Source: Macrostomum lignano (taxonomy: Eukaryota). Taken from it: a stretch of DNA of 64,000 nucleotides. The notes under the pieces are model-generated. The model was not told the DNA's origin, did no database searches, and saw only the letters and a program-made list of their open reading frames with translations. Shown here piece after piece: positions 52,008 through 63,847 of the stretch (within the stretch, counting starts at the first letter, position 1; each line of letters opens with the position of its first letter). Position numbers and translations under genes: made by a program. Location: the NCBI GenBank assembly GCA_002269645.1, contig NIVC01001757.1:1-64000 (forward strand). Reading direction: 5' to 3'.

Positions 52008-54057
52008 GTGAGTTGATCGCAGATTAACTCAAAAACAAAGAAGAAAAAATGAGCGCAGTTTTGTACAAAATCGCAGCTAGCGCATCAAAGAGTAGTAAAA
52101 AATAAAACTAGTTACTCACAAATAGGTACTAAAAATATTAGACTAATACGCATCCCAAGAATGGAAATCCCAAAAGAGAAAGAAATTGAGGAAAGGGAAG
52201 GATTGAAGAAAGAGAGGGATCAAGAAAAAGGTGCTTCAACTAAATATTGCATTGCAAATACAGTATCAAGGGGATAATAGACAGATAAATTATTGCCGCG
52301 CGAGAAGGTATAATTCAAAATGTGCGAGATGGAATAAACAGCGCATGTTCGATGAGACTAAGCTTCATTGTTCGCGTTCGAGTCAGTCTCGATTCTACCT
52401 GTTAAGCCTCTTGATGGCTTAATTCCTTTGCCGCGCGGCCGACCCGAGCCAGGATGGGCGAGGAGCTTGGGAAATGCGTTGCACATTCTCCCCTCCCGCC
52501 TGTGGAGTCCACGTGCCTGGGGTTGCCGTGCTCATCTGGCGGCAGCCGACGAATGGCGACCCTCAGAGGATTAAGGGACCCTCGAGTCATCCTTGCTGAC
52601 TGGCTGAGACGCTGCTGGGGGAGGATGACCTCAACCGCCTCGAGTTCGCAGGGAGATAAAAGCGACTGACCACTCAGGTCATCCACAAATTATGATTTTC
52701 GTCTTCGAATCCTGCGTCAGCCTCCGACTTGCCAGCCAGCGCTTCGCCACCGCCACCTTTGCTGATTTTGCACCAAGCCAGGCCAGCCGTTGCAGACCTC
52801 CGATCTTCGACTGGTAAGTCTCATCTCAGCTCCGTGATTCTCTACCATACACTCTACTCAATCGGATAATCCCAGACCCATCCCACAGTCTCAGCAGCCT
52901 TCAGGGTACACTCCCTCCTACTCATTTGCCCATTCAGTGCTGTGCAGATAGGTACTTTAAGATGTATTATTAACAAAGTCTCAGATAAGAGGCAGAATAA
53001 TTTTGAACACTAGTGTTAAATTTTAAAAGTTCTTTCAAAGATTTTTGTCTTCAAGACTCCGCTTCAATTGCATTCACTTCCCAATTTAATTCACACAATC
53101 CCATTTTGTTTTACACTCAGTATTACTACATATCAGTAGTATCGCACGGCCGCGAAATTCAGCTTAAATTTATCACTCCTAATTTGGTTTAGCAATTCGT
53201 ATTAATCCAGGTGGACCATTCGTACCTTATTTAAGACTTTTATTAGTTTAATTATGCCTAGTATTCTTCTATATTAATTACCTAATTCGCTCATCGTTGA
53301 TCTCTTTCTTCGCCTTGGCTCAGTGAGTTTAGTAACACGAGAAGTCCTAAATTTCAGTTTCAAACTTAACTCAAACCAAGGTTCAGTTTCACATTTAATT
53401 TCGAAAGCACTCACGACAAATTAAGCACAATAAGCAAGCAGTCACATTCACGCACACAACATATTGTTTCCGCCACCATTTGACGAACTTTTTACAAAAA
53501 AAAATGAGCAAAGAAGAAATTAGGCACGACAAAATAAGCAATGACACAACAGAGAGAGAAATACGCGGAGATAAATAATGGCACAACATTGAGTATAAAT
53601 ATACTGGTAGAAAAAAAAACGCATTTTTAAAGCACCGGGGGTATTCACAGGGGAATCGGGGGGTACAAAAGACAGTATGAGAAAGCAATGGTTCACGCAA
53701 TAAGAGGATATATTTACAAGGGGCATAGCAGCACAAAAAAGAAAAATAGGGAGTTCGAAATTTGCTCCGGCATGACAATAACTTGGTTAAAAGTTGAACA
53801 TATAAATATAGGTACTGTTCGCTAACTAATCACTTGAGCCGAACGACTTAATCGAAAGATTACGTAAAATTTTCCCTAATTAAAAGATTGTTCACATCAG
53901 TCCCTCCCTTGGTCTTCTCACTCTTGGTTGGCATTCTGGCTTCGCTGATGCCTCACCGCCAGGCTCAACTCCCAAATCTTCTGGGCGGCTTCAAGAGCAG
54001 CAGACCTCTTGAGGACCGAACGCAGGGGGTCACAGCCGGGACCGGTTGGCCTGGCAA

Positions 54058-57000
54058 TCAGAAAGAGTGGTTTCCTAAGAAAAACTGGATCTGTCGATCG
54101 AGCACCTCACGCCAATTCGGGATTAAGCGAGGGGTGTGCTCAACCCTACAGACATTCTCGTTGGTCCCACGAGGGCTCGCGCAGGAGAGCCGGTTGGCAA
54201 ACCTGACTTGCTTCGGTCTCGCAGCTCGTCCCGATTCTGAGAGGATCACCTGCCGAGGGAACCCCCAACGATCCGGTGGCGCCACAGCCTCTCTAGGCCT
54301 CAAACGCTGACCAGGGTTCACTGGGTCTGGTTGGCGATCCGGCGCCGCTTCGTCCGGCGACGGTGAGCGCTGAACTTCCACCGGCGCTGGCACTTCGGGT
54401 TCTTGATGTGCTCCATCCAGAGCGACCGGTGCCTCGACCTGCCGGTCTCGAGGGGGTTGAAAGACCCAGCGTCTTGGTACTAAAATATGTTCCTCCTCTT
54501 CGTCCTCTGACTCCGATTGGCAAGGGTGCCCTGCCGACGCTGGTGCGGGCCTTGTAGGCGGCCGCCCTCTCTCATTTCTAATTATCCCGGGCCTCTTTTC
54601 TTCTACCGGCCTGGGTTGAAAACCTGGAGGAGCCGGGCGCAGAGTGTCCCTATGAGTTCGGAAGGTCTCACTTCGTCCCGGGAGTGGGCACACTGGCGAG
54701 ATGTCATAGACCACAGGGGCCGGCTTCCCGACTATCCTCCAAGGCCCGGTATGTGTCTTGTGGAATTTGGGGATCTCCCAGTCTTCGATGACGGGATTCG
54801 CGAGGAAAACGATGTCACCGACCTCGAGATCTCGACACTTGTTGGGCCGCCTGGCTTGCGACTGCACTCTGCTCTTAGCTAGGTCTTCGAGATTTCGTCT
54901 GGCTTCCTGCAGACTCGACAGGAGTTGACTAGCATAGGCGTCATGACCTGGAGCTGGAGGAGCCGGTCCAACCGCGACGTCTAACGGAAGCCGTGCTTCT
55001 TGACCGTAGACTAGGAAGAACGGCGAGTACCCGGAGGTCCTTGTCACGCTCGACCGCATTGCCATTAGGCAGGAAGGCATTTCCTCATCCCAATCCTTGT
55101 GATCCTTTTCCAGCAAGGTCGTGAGCAACATTTTCAGCGTTCGATGCTGGACTTCAGCCATTCCGTTGCCTTGTGGGTGATAAGGCGTCGTTCGAGTCTT
55201 CCTGATTCCCATCGTGTCACAGAATCGTTTAAATTTCCGAGACTCAAAATGCTGCCCCTGATCGGAGTGTATCCAGTCAGGTACCCCGAACCTAGGAATG
55301 TACTCGCGCTGGAGCAACCTGATCACGGTCCGGGTTGTCTGGTCTTTCGTTGGGTACGCCTCCACCCACCCGGTGTAGCTGTCGGTGATTGTCAGGATGC
55401 TGGTGTTACCCTTACGCGTCTTCGTTCCTCGTCCAAGAGGCCCAACGAAGTCAAGGTGAATTCGGGTGAATTTCTCACTAAGCTCAAACTCCTGGACAGA
55501 TGCCTTAGGCCCGTGAAACGGCTTCGAACGCATGCAAACCTCACATGCAGCGCATAGCTCTTGAATGCGTTTCGTCAATCCTGGACGCCAAAACCGCAGC
55601 TTAAATCTTTCGGCGACTTTGTTGCGTCCGAAATGTCCTGCGAGTGGTTCGTCGTGAAGTGACCGAAATACTTTCTCATCCAAGGCCTCGGGGAGTACTA
55701 TCTTCTTCCCATGCATGCTGCCATCCGTGTTGATTTTCAGCACCCCTTCTTCGACCTCAAGGATGCCCCACACACTGGCTAACTTCCGGAACAGGAGACT
55801 CTGTGGCTGGTCTGGTAAGCGCTCCGGACATTTTGCGTCATCTTTTTTCAGTCGCCAGACCTCTCTCAAAATGGGGTCTTCCAGCTGTTTTTTCTCGATT
55901 TCGGCCACAGTCACCAATCTGCCAAACCTGGATTCTCGCGTCGGCGGTTCCGTGAACACGGCCCGAACTTCGGCAGTCAGTTGGATCGGCAACTCTTCTT
56001 CAGGCTGCACGGCGACGCCTTCTTCTGACGGACGACAGACTGGACAGTCGCCGTGTCGGTGAGCCGGACGCCTGCTAAGAGCGTCGGCGTTCGTGTGCAA
56101 CCTCCCCGGGCGGTATTCGACCGTGAAGTCGTACTCGGCTAGATGGTTAATCCACCGAGCAATCATACCAGCCGGATCCTTGAAATTCTTCAGCCACTTT
56201 AGCGAACGATGATCGGTTCGGACAAGAAACGGTCGCCCCAGGAGATAGTAGCGGAAGTGACCAGTGAAGAACACAAGGCTTTTCATTTCAAGCTTAGTGA
56301 CGCAATGATTCATCTCAGTCTTGCTAAGAGTCTTACTGCCAAAAGCGATGACTCTCTCGCTCCCATCTTCCTGTCTCTGACTGAGCACCGCCCCAATGGA
56401 GTTTAGACTTGCGTCACAGTCAAGGATGAACTCGCCAGCTCCTAGTTCGAAGTTTGGATGGGCAAGCACTGGTGCGCTCACTAGCCTCTTCTTGAGTTCT
56501 AGGAACGCAGCTTCATGCTCGGCTCCCCACTTTTGGGCAACATTCTTTGTCCCTTTCCTCGTAAGTTGGGTCAACTTGCTTGCTAGTTCACTAAAGTCGG
56601 GGACAAACTGGCGATAATAGTTCACAAACCCAAGGAATGACTGGATTTCCTTGACCGTCCTGGGTCTTGGCCAGTCTTGAACTGCACAAACCTTGTGCGG
56701 ATCGGTAGAGATTCCCGCCTCTGAGACGCGGAAACCCAGGAAGTCTAATTCTGGCTTTGCGAAGGAACATTTGCTAGGCTTGAGCTTGAGCTTCGCAGCC
56801 CTGAGCTTATTGAGCACCAATTGCAAGTGGTGAAGGTGCGACTCCCAATCTTTGGAGTACACCAGGACGTCGTCAATGTACGCCATGGCCACTGAGGGCT
56901 GCAGTTCAGCCAATACGATACTCATGAGCCTGGAGAAAGTCGATGGGGCTCCTTTGAGACCAAAAGGCATGACATTCCACTCAAATAGTCCCATATTAGG

Positions 57001-57609
57001 AACAGCAAAGGCAGTGAATGGTTTGCACTCGGGATCAATCGGAACCTGGTGATACCCAGACCGTAAGTCCAAAGAGGAGAAGAACTTATTGCCACCCAGT
57101 GACGAAAGAATTTCATCGATCCTCGGAAGTGGGGTCACCTCGGCGGTGCTTCGGTCATTGATTTCACGATAGTCGATGCAAATCCGAAGCTCTCCGCTTT
57201 TCTTGGGCACCAAGACTAGCGCGGCGGAGTATGGACTGGTGGAAACAGACACCTTCCCTGCATCAATCCATCCTTTCACCTGCTCACGGACCTCTCCTTG
57301 GTATGCCTGCGGGAGTCGCCGAGCCGCCATCTTGATTGGCTCTTTGTTCGTGAGCTTAATCTCGTGAGAGACCACGTCGGTCACTTCTAGTTCTGCCTCA
57401 TCTGCTGCAAAGCGGTCGCGATTTCTTCGAAACAAATCTAGCAGGTCTTCTTTCTGATCTTCAGACAATTGCGCGCCCACGTCCAACTCGTTCAACCAAG
57501 CTGGATCATCAGCTTCGGCTCGCAGCCGGTTGACGGTGGCCACTGGCATTGGGGGGGGCTTCGAATTCGGGTAGCCCTTCAATGTTCCTTGCCCTCCAGG
57601 CGCGCCCAA
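54058..57609 (-). CDS. pol: pol: reverse transcriptase, RNase H, integrase
   Basis: LRICIDYREIN, LDLRSGYHQV, MPFGL, YIDD; RNase H CDAS...TDHRSL; HHCC zinc finger; DDE core (IHLDF, HSDQG, GMAE); GPW (GPY/F-like) module. Confidence 0.96.
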   Translation of the reverse strand: MGAPGGQGTLKGYPNSKPPPMPVATVNRLRAEADDPAWLNELDVGAQLSEDQKEDLLDLFRRNRDRFAADEAELEVTDVVSHEIKLTNKEPIKMAARRLPQAYQGEVREQVKGWIDAGKVSVSTSPYSAALVLVPKKSGELRICIDYREINDRSTAEVTPLPRIDEILSSLGGNKFFSSLDLRSGYHQVPIDPECKPFTAFAVPNMGLFEWNVMPFGLKGAPSTFSRLMSIVLAELQPSVAMAYIDDVLVYSKDWESHLHHLQLVLNKLRAAKLKLKPSKCSFAKPELDFLGFRVSEAGISTDPHKVCAVQDWPRPRTVKEIQSFLGFVNYYRQFVPDFSELASKLTQLTRKGTKNVAQKWGAEHEAAFLELKKRLVSAPVLAHPNFELGAGEFILDCDASLNSIGAVLSQRQEDGSERVIAFGSKTLSKTEMNHCVTKLEMKSLVFFTGHFRYYLLGRPFLVRTDHRSLKWLKNFKDPAGMIARWINHLAEYDFTVEYRPGRLHTNADALSRRPAHRHGDCPVCRPSEEGVAVQPEEELPIQLTAEVRAVFTEPPTRESRFGRLVTVAEIEKKQLEDPILREVWRLKKDDAKCPERLPDQPQSLLFRKLASVWGILEVEEGVLKINTDGSMHGKKIVLPEALDEKVFRSLHDEPLAGHFGRNKVAERFKLRFWRPGLTKRIQELCAACEVCMRSKPFHGPKASVQEFELSEKFTRIHLDFVGPLGRGTKTRKGNTSILTITDSYTGWVEAYPTKDQTTRTVIRLLQREYIPRFGVPDWIHSDQGQHFESRKFKRFCDTMGIRKTRTTPYHPQGNGMAEVQHRTLKMLLTTLLEKDHKDWDEEMPSCLMAMRSSVTRTSGYSPFFLVYGQEARLPLDVAVGPAPPAPGHDAYASQLLSSLQEARRNLEDLAKSRVQSQARRPNKCRDLEVGDIVFLANPVIEDWEIPKFHKTHTGPWRIVGKPAPVVYDISPVCPLPGRSETFRTHRDTLRPAPPGFQPRPVEEKRPGIIRNERGRPPTRPAPASAGHPCQSESEDEEEEHILVPRRWVFQPPRDRQVEAPVALDGAHQEPEVPAPVEVQRSPSPDEAAPDRQPDPVNPGQRLRPREAVAPPDRWGFPRQVILSESGRAARPKQVRFANRLSCASPRGTNENVCRVEHTPRLIPNWREVLDRQIQFFLGNHSF

Positions 57610-58578
57610 GTCGGGCCCCCTTTCTCAACATGATATCTTCATCATCCAAATTCATAACATGGACCCTTAGAAATCCTTCGTGTGCGACTGAGACAGTACG
57701 AGCAACTTGAATCGGTTCCTCCTCAAGATCGGCGTCACCCTCCATGTACCAACTCTCGCCTTCACCAACCTGACCTTCACTAAGCTTGGCCTCAAAAGAC
57801 TTCTCACTCCACGCCGGAATGAGAGTGTCCTCATCGACTTCTACCCACATGCTACGATCGTCTACCACCTCAACCTCTGTTTCCTCGGGGATCTCCCTTT
57901 CTGCCCGCAGCTTCCGCTCTATCTGATCAGCAAGGCACTGCGCCTCTTCTAACTCCTCATGCCTTTGCAGAAGGGCTTCAACCTTTGAGAGGCCTGAAGT
58001 GATGAGTTGCGTCCTAATCTCCTTCGATGCTCTGGCCTGAGTGAGGTAAACCCTAAGCTTCTCCTTTTCTCGCAAGTTGGGTGGGAACTCCGCAGCTAAC
58101 CAATCGATCGTGCAAGACAAACGGGCGACGAAGACAGGGCGGCTCTCGTTTTCTCGTTGGCAAATTTCCTCAATCATGTTCCTTCGGGCGAGTTGGGTGT
58201 ACGCTTGAACTACCTGGCTGATGATTATGTCCTTGATTTCGTGATAACTTCGACCTCTGCACCGGTGGAAGATTGCCACATCTCGCCAGTCTCCTTCTAA
58301 GTGATTTATCAAGGTATTCGCTTTCTCAACCCCCTGTGAATGCACTCCGATTGGAACTTAAATTCTAAACGTTTAAACCATAAGAAGACATTCTCGTTGC
58401 GCCCGTTGAAAGGTGCGACGTGAAACGGGATTCTTTGGTTAGTCTCCATCCTAGTTGGCGGCAGGCTAGCCCCAGGAAAAGGTGGGGGCTCTCCTACCTC
58501 TGATTCTGATTCGGTATAAAAACTCTCGTTACTACCGAACCCTCCTACTCCACTAGTACTGTAATTACATGTTTCCAT
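57509..58578 (-). CDS. gag: gag (frameshift near 58345) running into a pol-linker-like segment
   Basis: PFNGRNENVFLWFKRLE then KANTLINHLEGD...QREN (capsid-like). No CCHC knuckle and no D[ST]G protease motif seen. Confidence 0.7.
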
Positions 58579-61082
58579 AGTTCGGGCACAACACCAGTTG
58601 CCGGGACAGAACTAAAGGATGAAAATCTGAACCGGGCGGAAAAAATGAATGCAATTGGCTACTAGCCGAAATTGGGTGTCTGCATCAAAGCAAGACAATG
58701 GCAATGAATCGAATCGAATGGGGGGAAGGGGGGGAGGAGATTGTGCAAAAAGCCTAACTGGGGTAGGGTTTTGACACAAGTAAGCAATGGGGGGTTGAGC
58801 GCCGCGAGTTGGGGAGCTCAAAGCTAAAACAATCAATTACAAGCAAAAATAAGCAAAAAGCATAAAACACGCAAATAAGCAAAAGATACGCGATCTATAT
58901 ACAAAAAGCGTACAATACGAGCGCGGGGCTTGCGATAATGATCGCAAACACAGCACAAAAATGGAAAAATATGCAAAAACCAACGAAGCGGAAACTTCAC
59001 TTATTCCACTCACACCGCAGTCACACTTGACTCAAATTTTTTCACACCTAAAATCCTTCTGTCTCTGTCTTGAATCCGATCTCGGATTTTCTCGAATTGC
59101 TGCTTTTAAACTCACTGGTTCTCAACTGGGCTAAGGCCACAGCTTTCCGCAGGCTACTACAGTCTCAGTCTCTCTTTCTCTCTGAGCGGCTCTTTTTTGC
59201 TTCCGAATAATTTTGATGGGCTAGTAAATCATGGAGGGTCTCATCAGCTCTCATTAGTCTAAATTGCAGGCGCCAATATGTGGGCACCTCATGTGTATCA
59301 GAGCTCTCCTGCGTGGTATCGCCACTAGGAAACCGTCCGGGTGCTGCTACGGCTAGACAGATTCACAATCCCCATCAAGGCTGATCTTTTAGCGGAACTT
59401 GGACGTCTGACCCAGCGCGCCCAGTGGCCCCTCTGTGTAGCTTTCGTCAGCATTGACCGGTGAGGGCGGATTACACCTAATATACGATACTCGCGAACAG
59501 ACAGATAATACACAAGGAGTTAAGCAGGTCCGTAGTGTAGTGTTCACTCCGCAACAAAACCTTATGGCACGGTCCCTAAGACTTTTGATCATAGAAAAAG
59601 CTATGGGCAGCAGGAAAGTTTGTCAAATATTATGACCCTACGTTATCGGGTCGGGTATTTTTATAGCGGCGAACCACAGAAGACATCTGTGTCTTGAGTC
59701 AGTAGAGTCTGTCCAGACAAAGCTGCGCTCCCCTCCTCTTGCTATCATAAAAATGAATAGCCACGGCGTTTTCTGCTCTCTGCAGAATCGTTAACCAGAG
59801 CGGTAGCTGGAATTCGCACATACTACCATGGCACCGTGTGGGTAATTCTCTCCGCTTTCCTTACTGTATTTACATTAGATACCCCTCCGATTCTAAGAAA
59901 GAACCAAAAGAGCAAAAGCAAACTTCCAAACCCTAAATTCCGCAACCAGGAAAAATTACATGTGCACTGGCAAACTGTACTACTGAAAGTAATACCTACA
60001 CACTTCCCAGACTCCTAGGCTAAGCAGATGGTAAATGTACGAACTTAAAGTAACTTCAGACCTCACAATTCTGTACCCAAACCCAAAGTAGCGTGGCTGT
60101 TCTCGCGTTCCGGTAGCCATCAACCCCAGACATATTTTTCAGGACATGGATGTCTGACCCAGCGCATCCAGAGGCCCAACGGCACAGCACTTGCCATTGT
60201 TAGCCGGAATACCGAGAATTGCGGTGGGAATTTGAGCTCTCCGTTGCCACTTAAGGCGATTTATACCACCAAAGCCCGAATAGCGGACAACAATTCGTGG
60301 AAGCACTCAGATAGAACACCCCGATTTAAATCGAAATGATACTATAATCACACAGTACGCTAATCCGACTGTCCCGTACTAATCTGCTCCAGAGTATAAC
60401 CTTTGAACCCAAAACCCGTGAGGCCCTGCGTATGAAACCAAGGCTTCGCACATCCAAAAAGCTGCCTGATTCTAAATTTTGCAAACAAGACAAAAACTAC
60501 GAGCGCTGTCAGCATTCTATAATGAACGTTTTGGCCGAGGAAGCATTATCATTCGGATAATGGCCTCTTGTCTACACGACAAAAATTAATAGCTTAATTT
60601 CGAGTGATCAGTTCGAAACTTTTCTGTTTAGCAAAAGTACAAGAACTATCCTAAGTCTCTATTTTCCGCATAATTAGCTGGCTGAAATCAAAACTGGAGA
60701 ACTAAGCAGAGAGCCTAGATAACTGATCAAGCTGAGAGAGTTATATGTGCGGGGTTGATTTTTTTTATATGCTCTGGCTTTTTGAATTTTATATTTTTTT
60801 TGGTTGATTTTTTGAATAGGCATGCATTTAATGGTAAGCAATTCATACTAGTAATTTTTTTGGTTCCAGTAGCATAAATTTTTTGTGCATTTTTGGACTC
60901 TCATAATTCAGACTTGAAAAGCTATCGCAACTGACTACTTACAGTAATTTGAAAGAAACCTAAATTCCCTATTTTGAAATCTAAACGGCGCAACTCGATT
61001 TTATTATTGTCATAATTTGCCATTTACCAGCCATCACTACCGGTGAGCACTTTACCACTTCTTACCGGCTAGTGTTTACCAT

Positions 61083-61100
61083 ATCCCACCGCTGCCACCA
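61083..61100 (-). other. Primer-binding site complementary to the tRNA-Leu 3' end
   Basis: TGGTGGCAGCGGTGGGAT lies 2 nt inside the 5' LTR and is complementary to ...ATCCCACCGCTGCCA-CCA, the metazoan tRNA-Leu(AAG/TAG) 3' end. Confidence 0.85.
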
Positions 61101-61102
61101 TT

Positions 61103-63098
61103 TGATGGGTTTCGACCTTCGGGCTCCTTGTTAGGGAAGCCTTCGGGCCTCAGGCTCAGAAATAAATCAATTAGAGACCTGGCCCCCCACTCCTGTCAGA
61201 TGGTCAGCCCCATGGTAGCTTGATCGTGTGGCGAGCAGTCTAGGTCCTATAGCTAAGAGAGGGACAGCGAGAGACGAGCAGGGAGAATTTTGAAAGTAGA
61301 AATTAGCTAATCCACAGATCAACTAACTTGCTGCCACCAGCCCGTGCGCCCTGGCTCACCACACCGGGACTCTCGAAATCGGGCTTCCGACTAGAAGGGG
61401 CTTTGCACTTACCTGCCAACTAGTGTCTTTTTGCTGTCAATCTCGAAGTCATAGCCGATGATAAGGGACACTGCTGGGACTAGATCGCATTGGCCATGCA
61501 GGTACAGAGGGGACTTGTGCAGGGGATTCTTGCGGTGGCGAGTCTATGGGGTAGCTACATGTACTATTACATTGCTAAATACGAAGATATGTACTTTTAG
61601 CCTTCAACGCGCCAACTAGCCTCTCATAGCGCTGATGATAGGCTAACTCGAACTTCAGAGACCGCATGATTCATTTACCCGAGCCGCTTGGCTACCCTAG
61701 AGTGCACAAAGTACATCTCTGGCGCCGATTCTGCACTTTTGGCAGTTTTGCTCACTGATTTGTTAGATTGGTCGACTGAGAACTGCCTTGCCATTGGTCC
61801 ACTGTGACCGGCGCCTACTAGCTTAGCTACTCACCTGAGCCATCGGCGAACAAAGAAATAAAGCCGACAAAGATAACTGTTAGATTTAACCTTCTCCTTA
61901 GTTCACTTCACACTTTAGATTGAATTGGAGTCTTAGACTACTAGCAGTATTATTGAATGATTCCTGCCTCAGCAGCAGCACTACTGAACAAAATGAGCAA
62001 AAGTGTGCGCCTAATTCAGCTACTGCAACAGGGGACAGAAAAGGGATCACCCAATCAAGCAAGTCTAGGTAGCCTCTCACCCAACCAATCAGAAACTCAA
62101 CAGCCGGAGACCAGGTATTCCACAGTGACCGAATCGGCTCGATGCTCTGCAGCTGTAGACTCGGGATGATGCTGTCACAATCTTCGCTGTTAGCTAGCAG
62201 GTGATGCTCTTAACTGGATGTTCGCTGCTGTCGACCGGGGGACTCGTCCTTGATGATGATGGGGGAAGTTGCAATCCGGGGATCAAGAAACGACGGTCGT
62301 GCTCCGGGAACCAGAAGTTGCGCGCTGGGCCCGAGCCAAAGTAAGAAGAAGTTGCGTCCGAGCGGGCCAAAAACTCCGGTTTAAATAGCCGCCAACTGGA
62401 CCGCAGTTTGTTATAACAGAACACGTCGATTCTGATTGGCTGAGCCGTTTTGTTAAAATGAGCGCCGAATTTTCTGATTGGCTAAGCTCGTTGCTACCCA
62501 GAATCACGTGACCGAGAGATCCTATCAGTTCCCACAGGGTCGTAAAAAGATGACAGGTGCGGCCATAAATCACTCAAAATCGCAACAAAATGATTTATGA
62601 CTTTTCGCGTAGGATTGACAAAATTAATGAAAAAATATACATTAGAAAGCTCTTATTAAATAGAAAGTGAAGATAATGAAGAGAAATCGCTAATCGCTAA
62701 TCCCAAGGTACTTTTAGGGGTAAAACGCATAGCTGTCAAAGCTGTCACACGCTTGAGTGAATCCGAACAATAGGCTCTGACCTCATAAATCTTGATGGCC
62801 TGTCAAAATGATGAGAAAAAAGCTACCGCCCGCATCCTCTCAGACCATCTGGCGCCCGCTTCAACACTGAGTGAGGCGCAGGTGGCTGTCAGATCAGCTT
62901 CGAAAGCGATGATTTATGACCCAAAAAGCTGCGCCTATGTTATTATGACTACTAGTATGGCCAGACATTATATCTAGTATAGATTCTATGGAAATTCGCA
63001 GAAAAAGGATAAAAATGCCCACTGCCCACTGTTAGTAGGCAAGTAAGTTTAGAACCCGTGTGCTAGCGCGGGATTTGGGAAAAAGTGCGTCCTCATCA
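61103..63098 (-). mobile_element. 5' LTR (1996 bp)
   Basis: Near-identical to 50000-51991; TGATG...CATCA termini. Confidence 0.95.
62380..62510 (-). promoter_or_regulatory. LTR promoter: E-box CACGTG, two CCAAT boxes, TATTTAAA
   Basis: On the minus strand: CACGTG 62505-62510, CCAAT 62477-62481 and 62435-62439, TATTTAAA 62387-62380; the same array is present in the 3' LTR. Confidence 0.6.
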
Positions 63099-63815
63099 AT
63101 TCTCCATAATCATCATGACTAAATGATTCTCAATAATCATCATCACTAAATGATTCTCAATAATCATTATCACTAAATGATTCTCAATAATCATCATGAC
63201 TAAATGATTCTCAATAATCATCATGAATAAATGATTTTCAATAATCATTATCACTAAATGATTCTCAGTAATCATCATGACTAAATGATTCTCAATAATC
63301 ATTATCACTAAATGATTCTCAATAATCATTATCACTAAATGATTCTCAATAATCATCATGACTAAATGATTCTCAATAATCATTATCACTAAATGATTCT
63401 CAGTAATCATCATGAATAAATGATTCTCCATAATCATCATGACTAAATGATTCTCCATAATCATCATGACTAAATGTCGATTCTCAATAATCATTATCAC
63501 TAAATGATTCTCCATAATCATCATGACTAAATGATTCTAAAAAATAATGACTAAATGATTCTCCATAATCATCATGACTAAATGATTCTCAATAATCATC
63601 ATCACTAAATGATTCTCACTAATCATCATGACTAAACGATTCTTTATAATAATCATGACTAAATGATTCTCAATAATCATTATCACTAAATGATTCTCAA
63701 TAATTATTATCACTAAATGATTCTCAATAATCATCATCACTAAATGATTCTCACTAATCATCATCACTAAATGATTCTCCATAATCATCATGACTAAATG
63801 ATTCTCACTAATCAG
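63099..63815. repeat. Same 27-bp minisatellite, right part
   Basis: Resumes in register after the LTR element. Confidence 0.95.
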
Positions 63816-63847
63816 CACATAAGCTCCAGCCTCATTCCCTCATACAG

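Larger units (their letters stand above)
50000..63098 (-). mobile_element. Ty3/gypsy LTR retrotransposon, 13.1 kb, recent insertion
   Basis: Two TG...CA LTRs, 4-bp TSD ATTC (49996-49999 and 63099-63102), PBS, PPT-like tract, gag, and pol in RT-RH-IN order. Confidence 0.96.

Noticed and set aside
51992-54058. env-like third ORF in the 2-kb 3' region of the gypsy element
   Set aside because: Only short, compositionally random ORFs; no signal peptide, furin site or TM layout.
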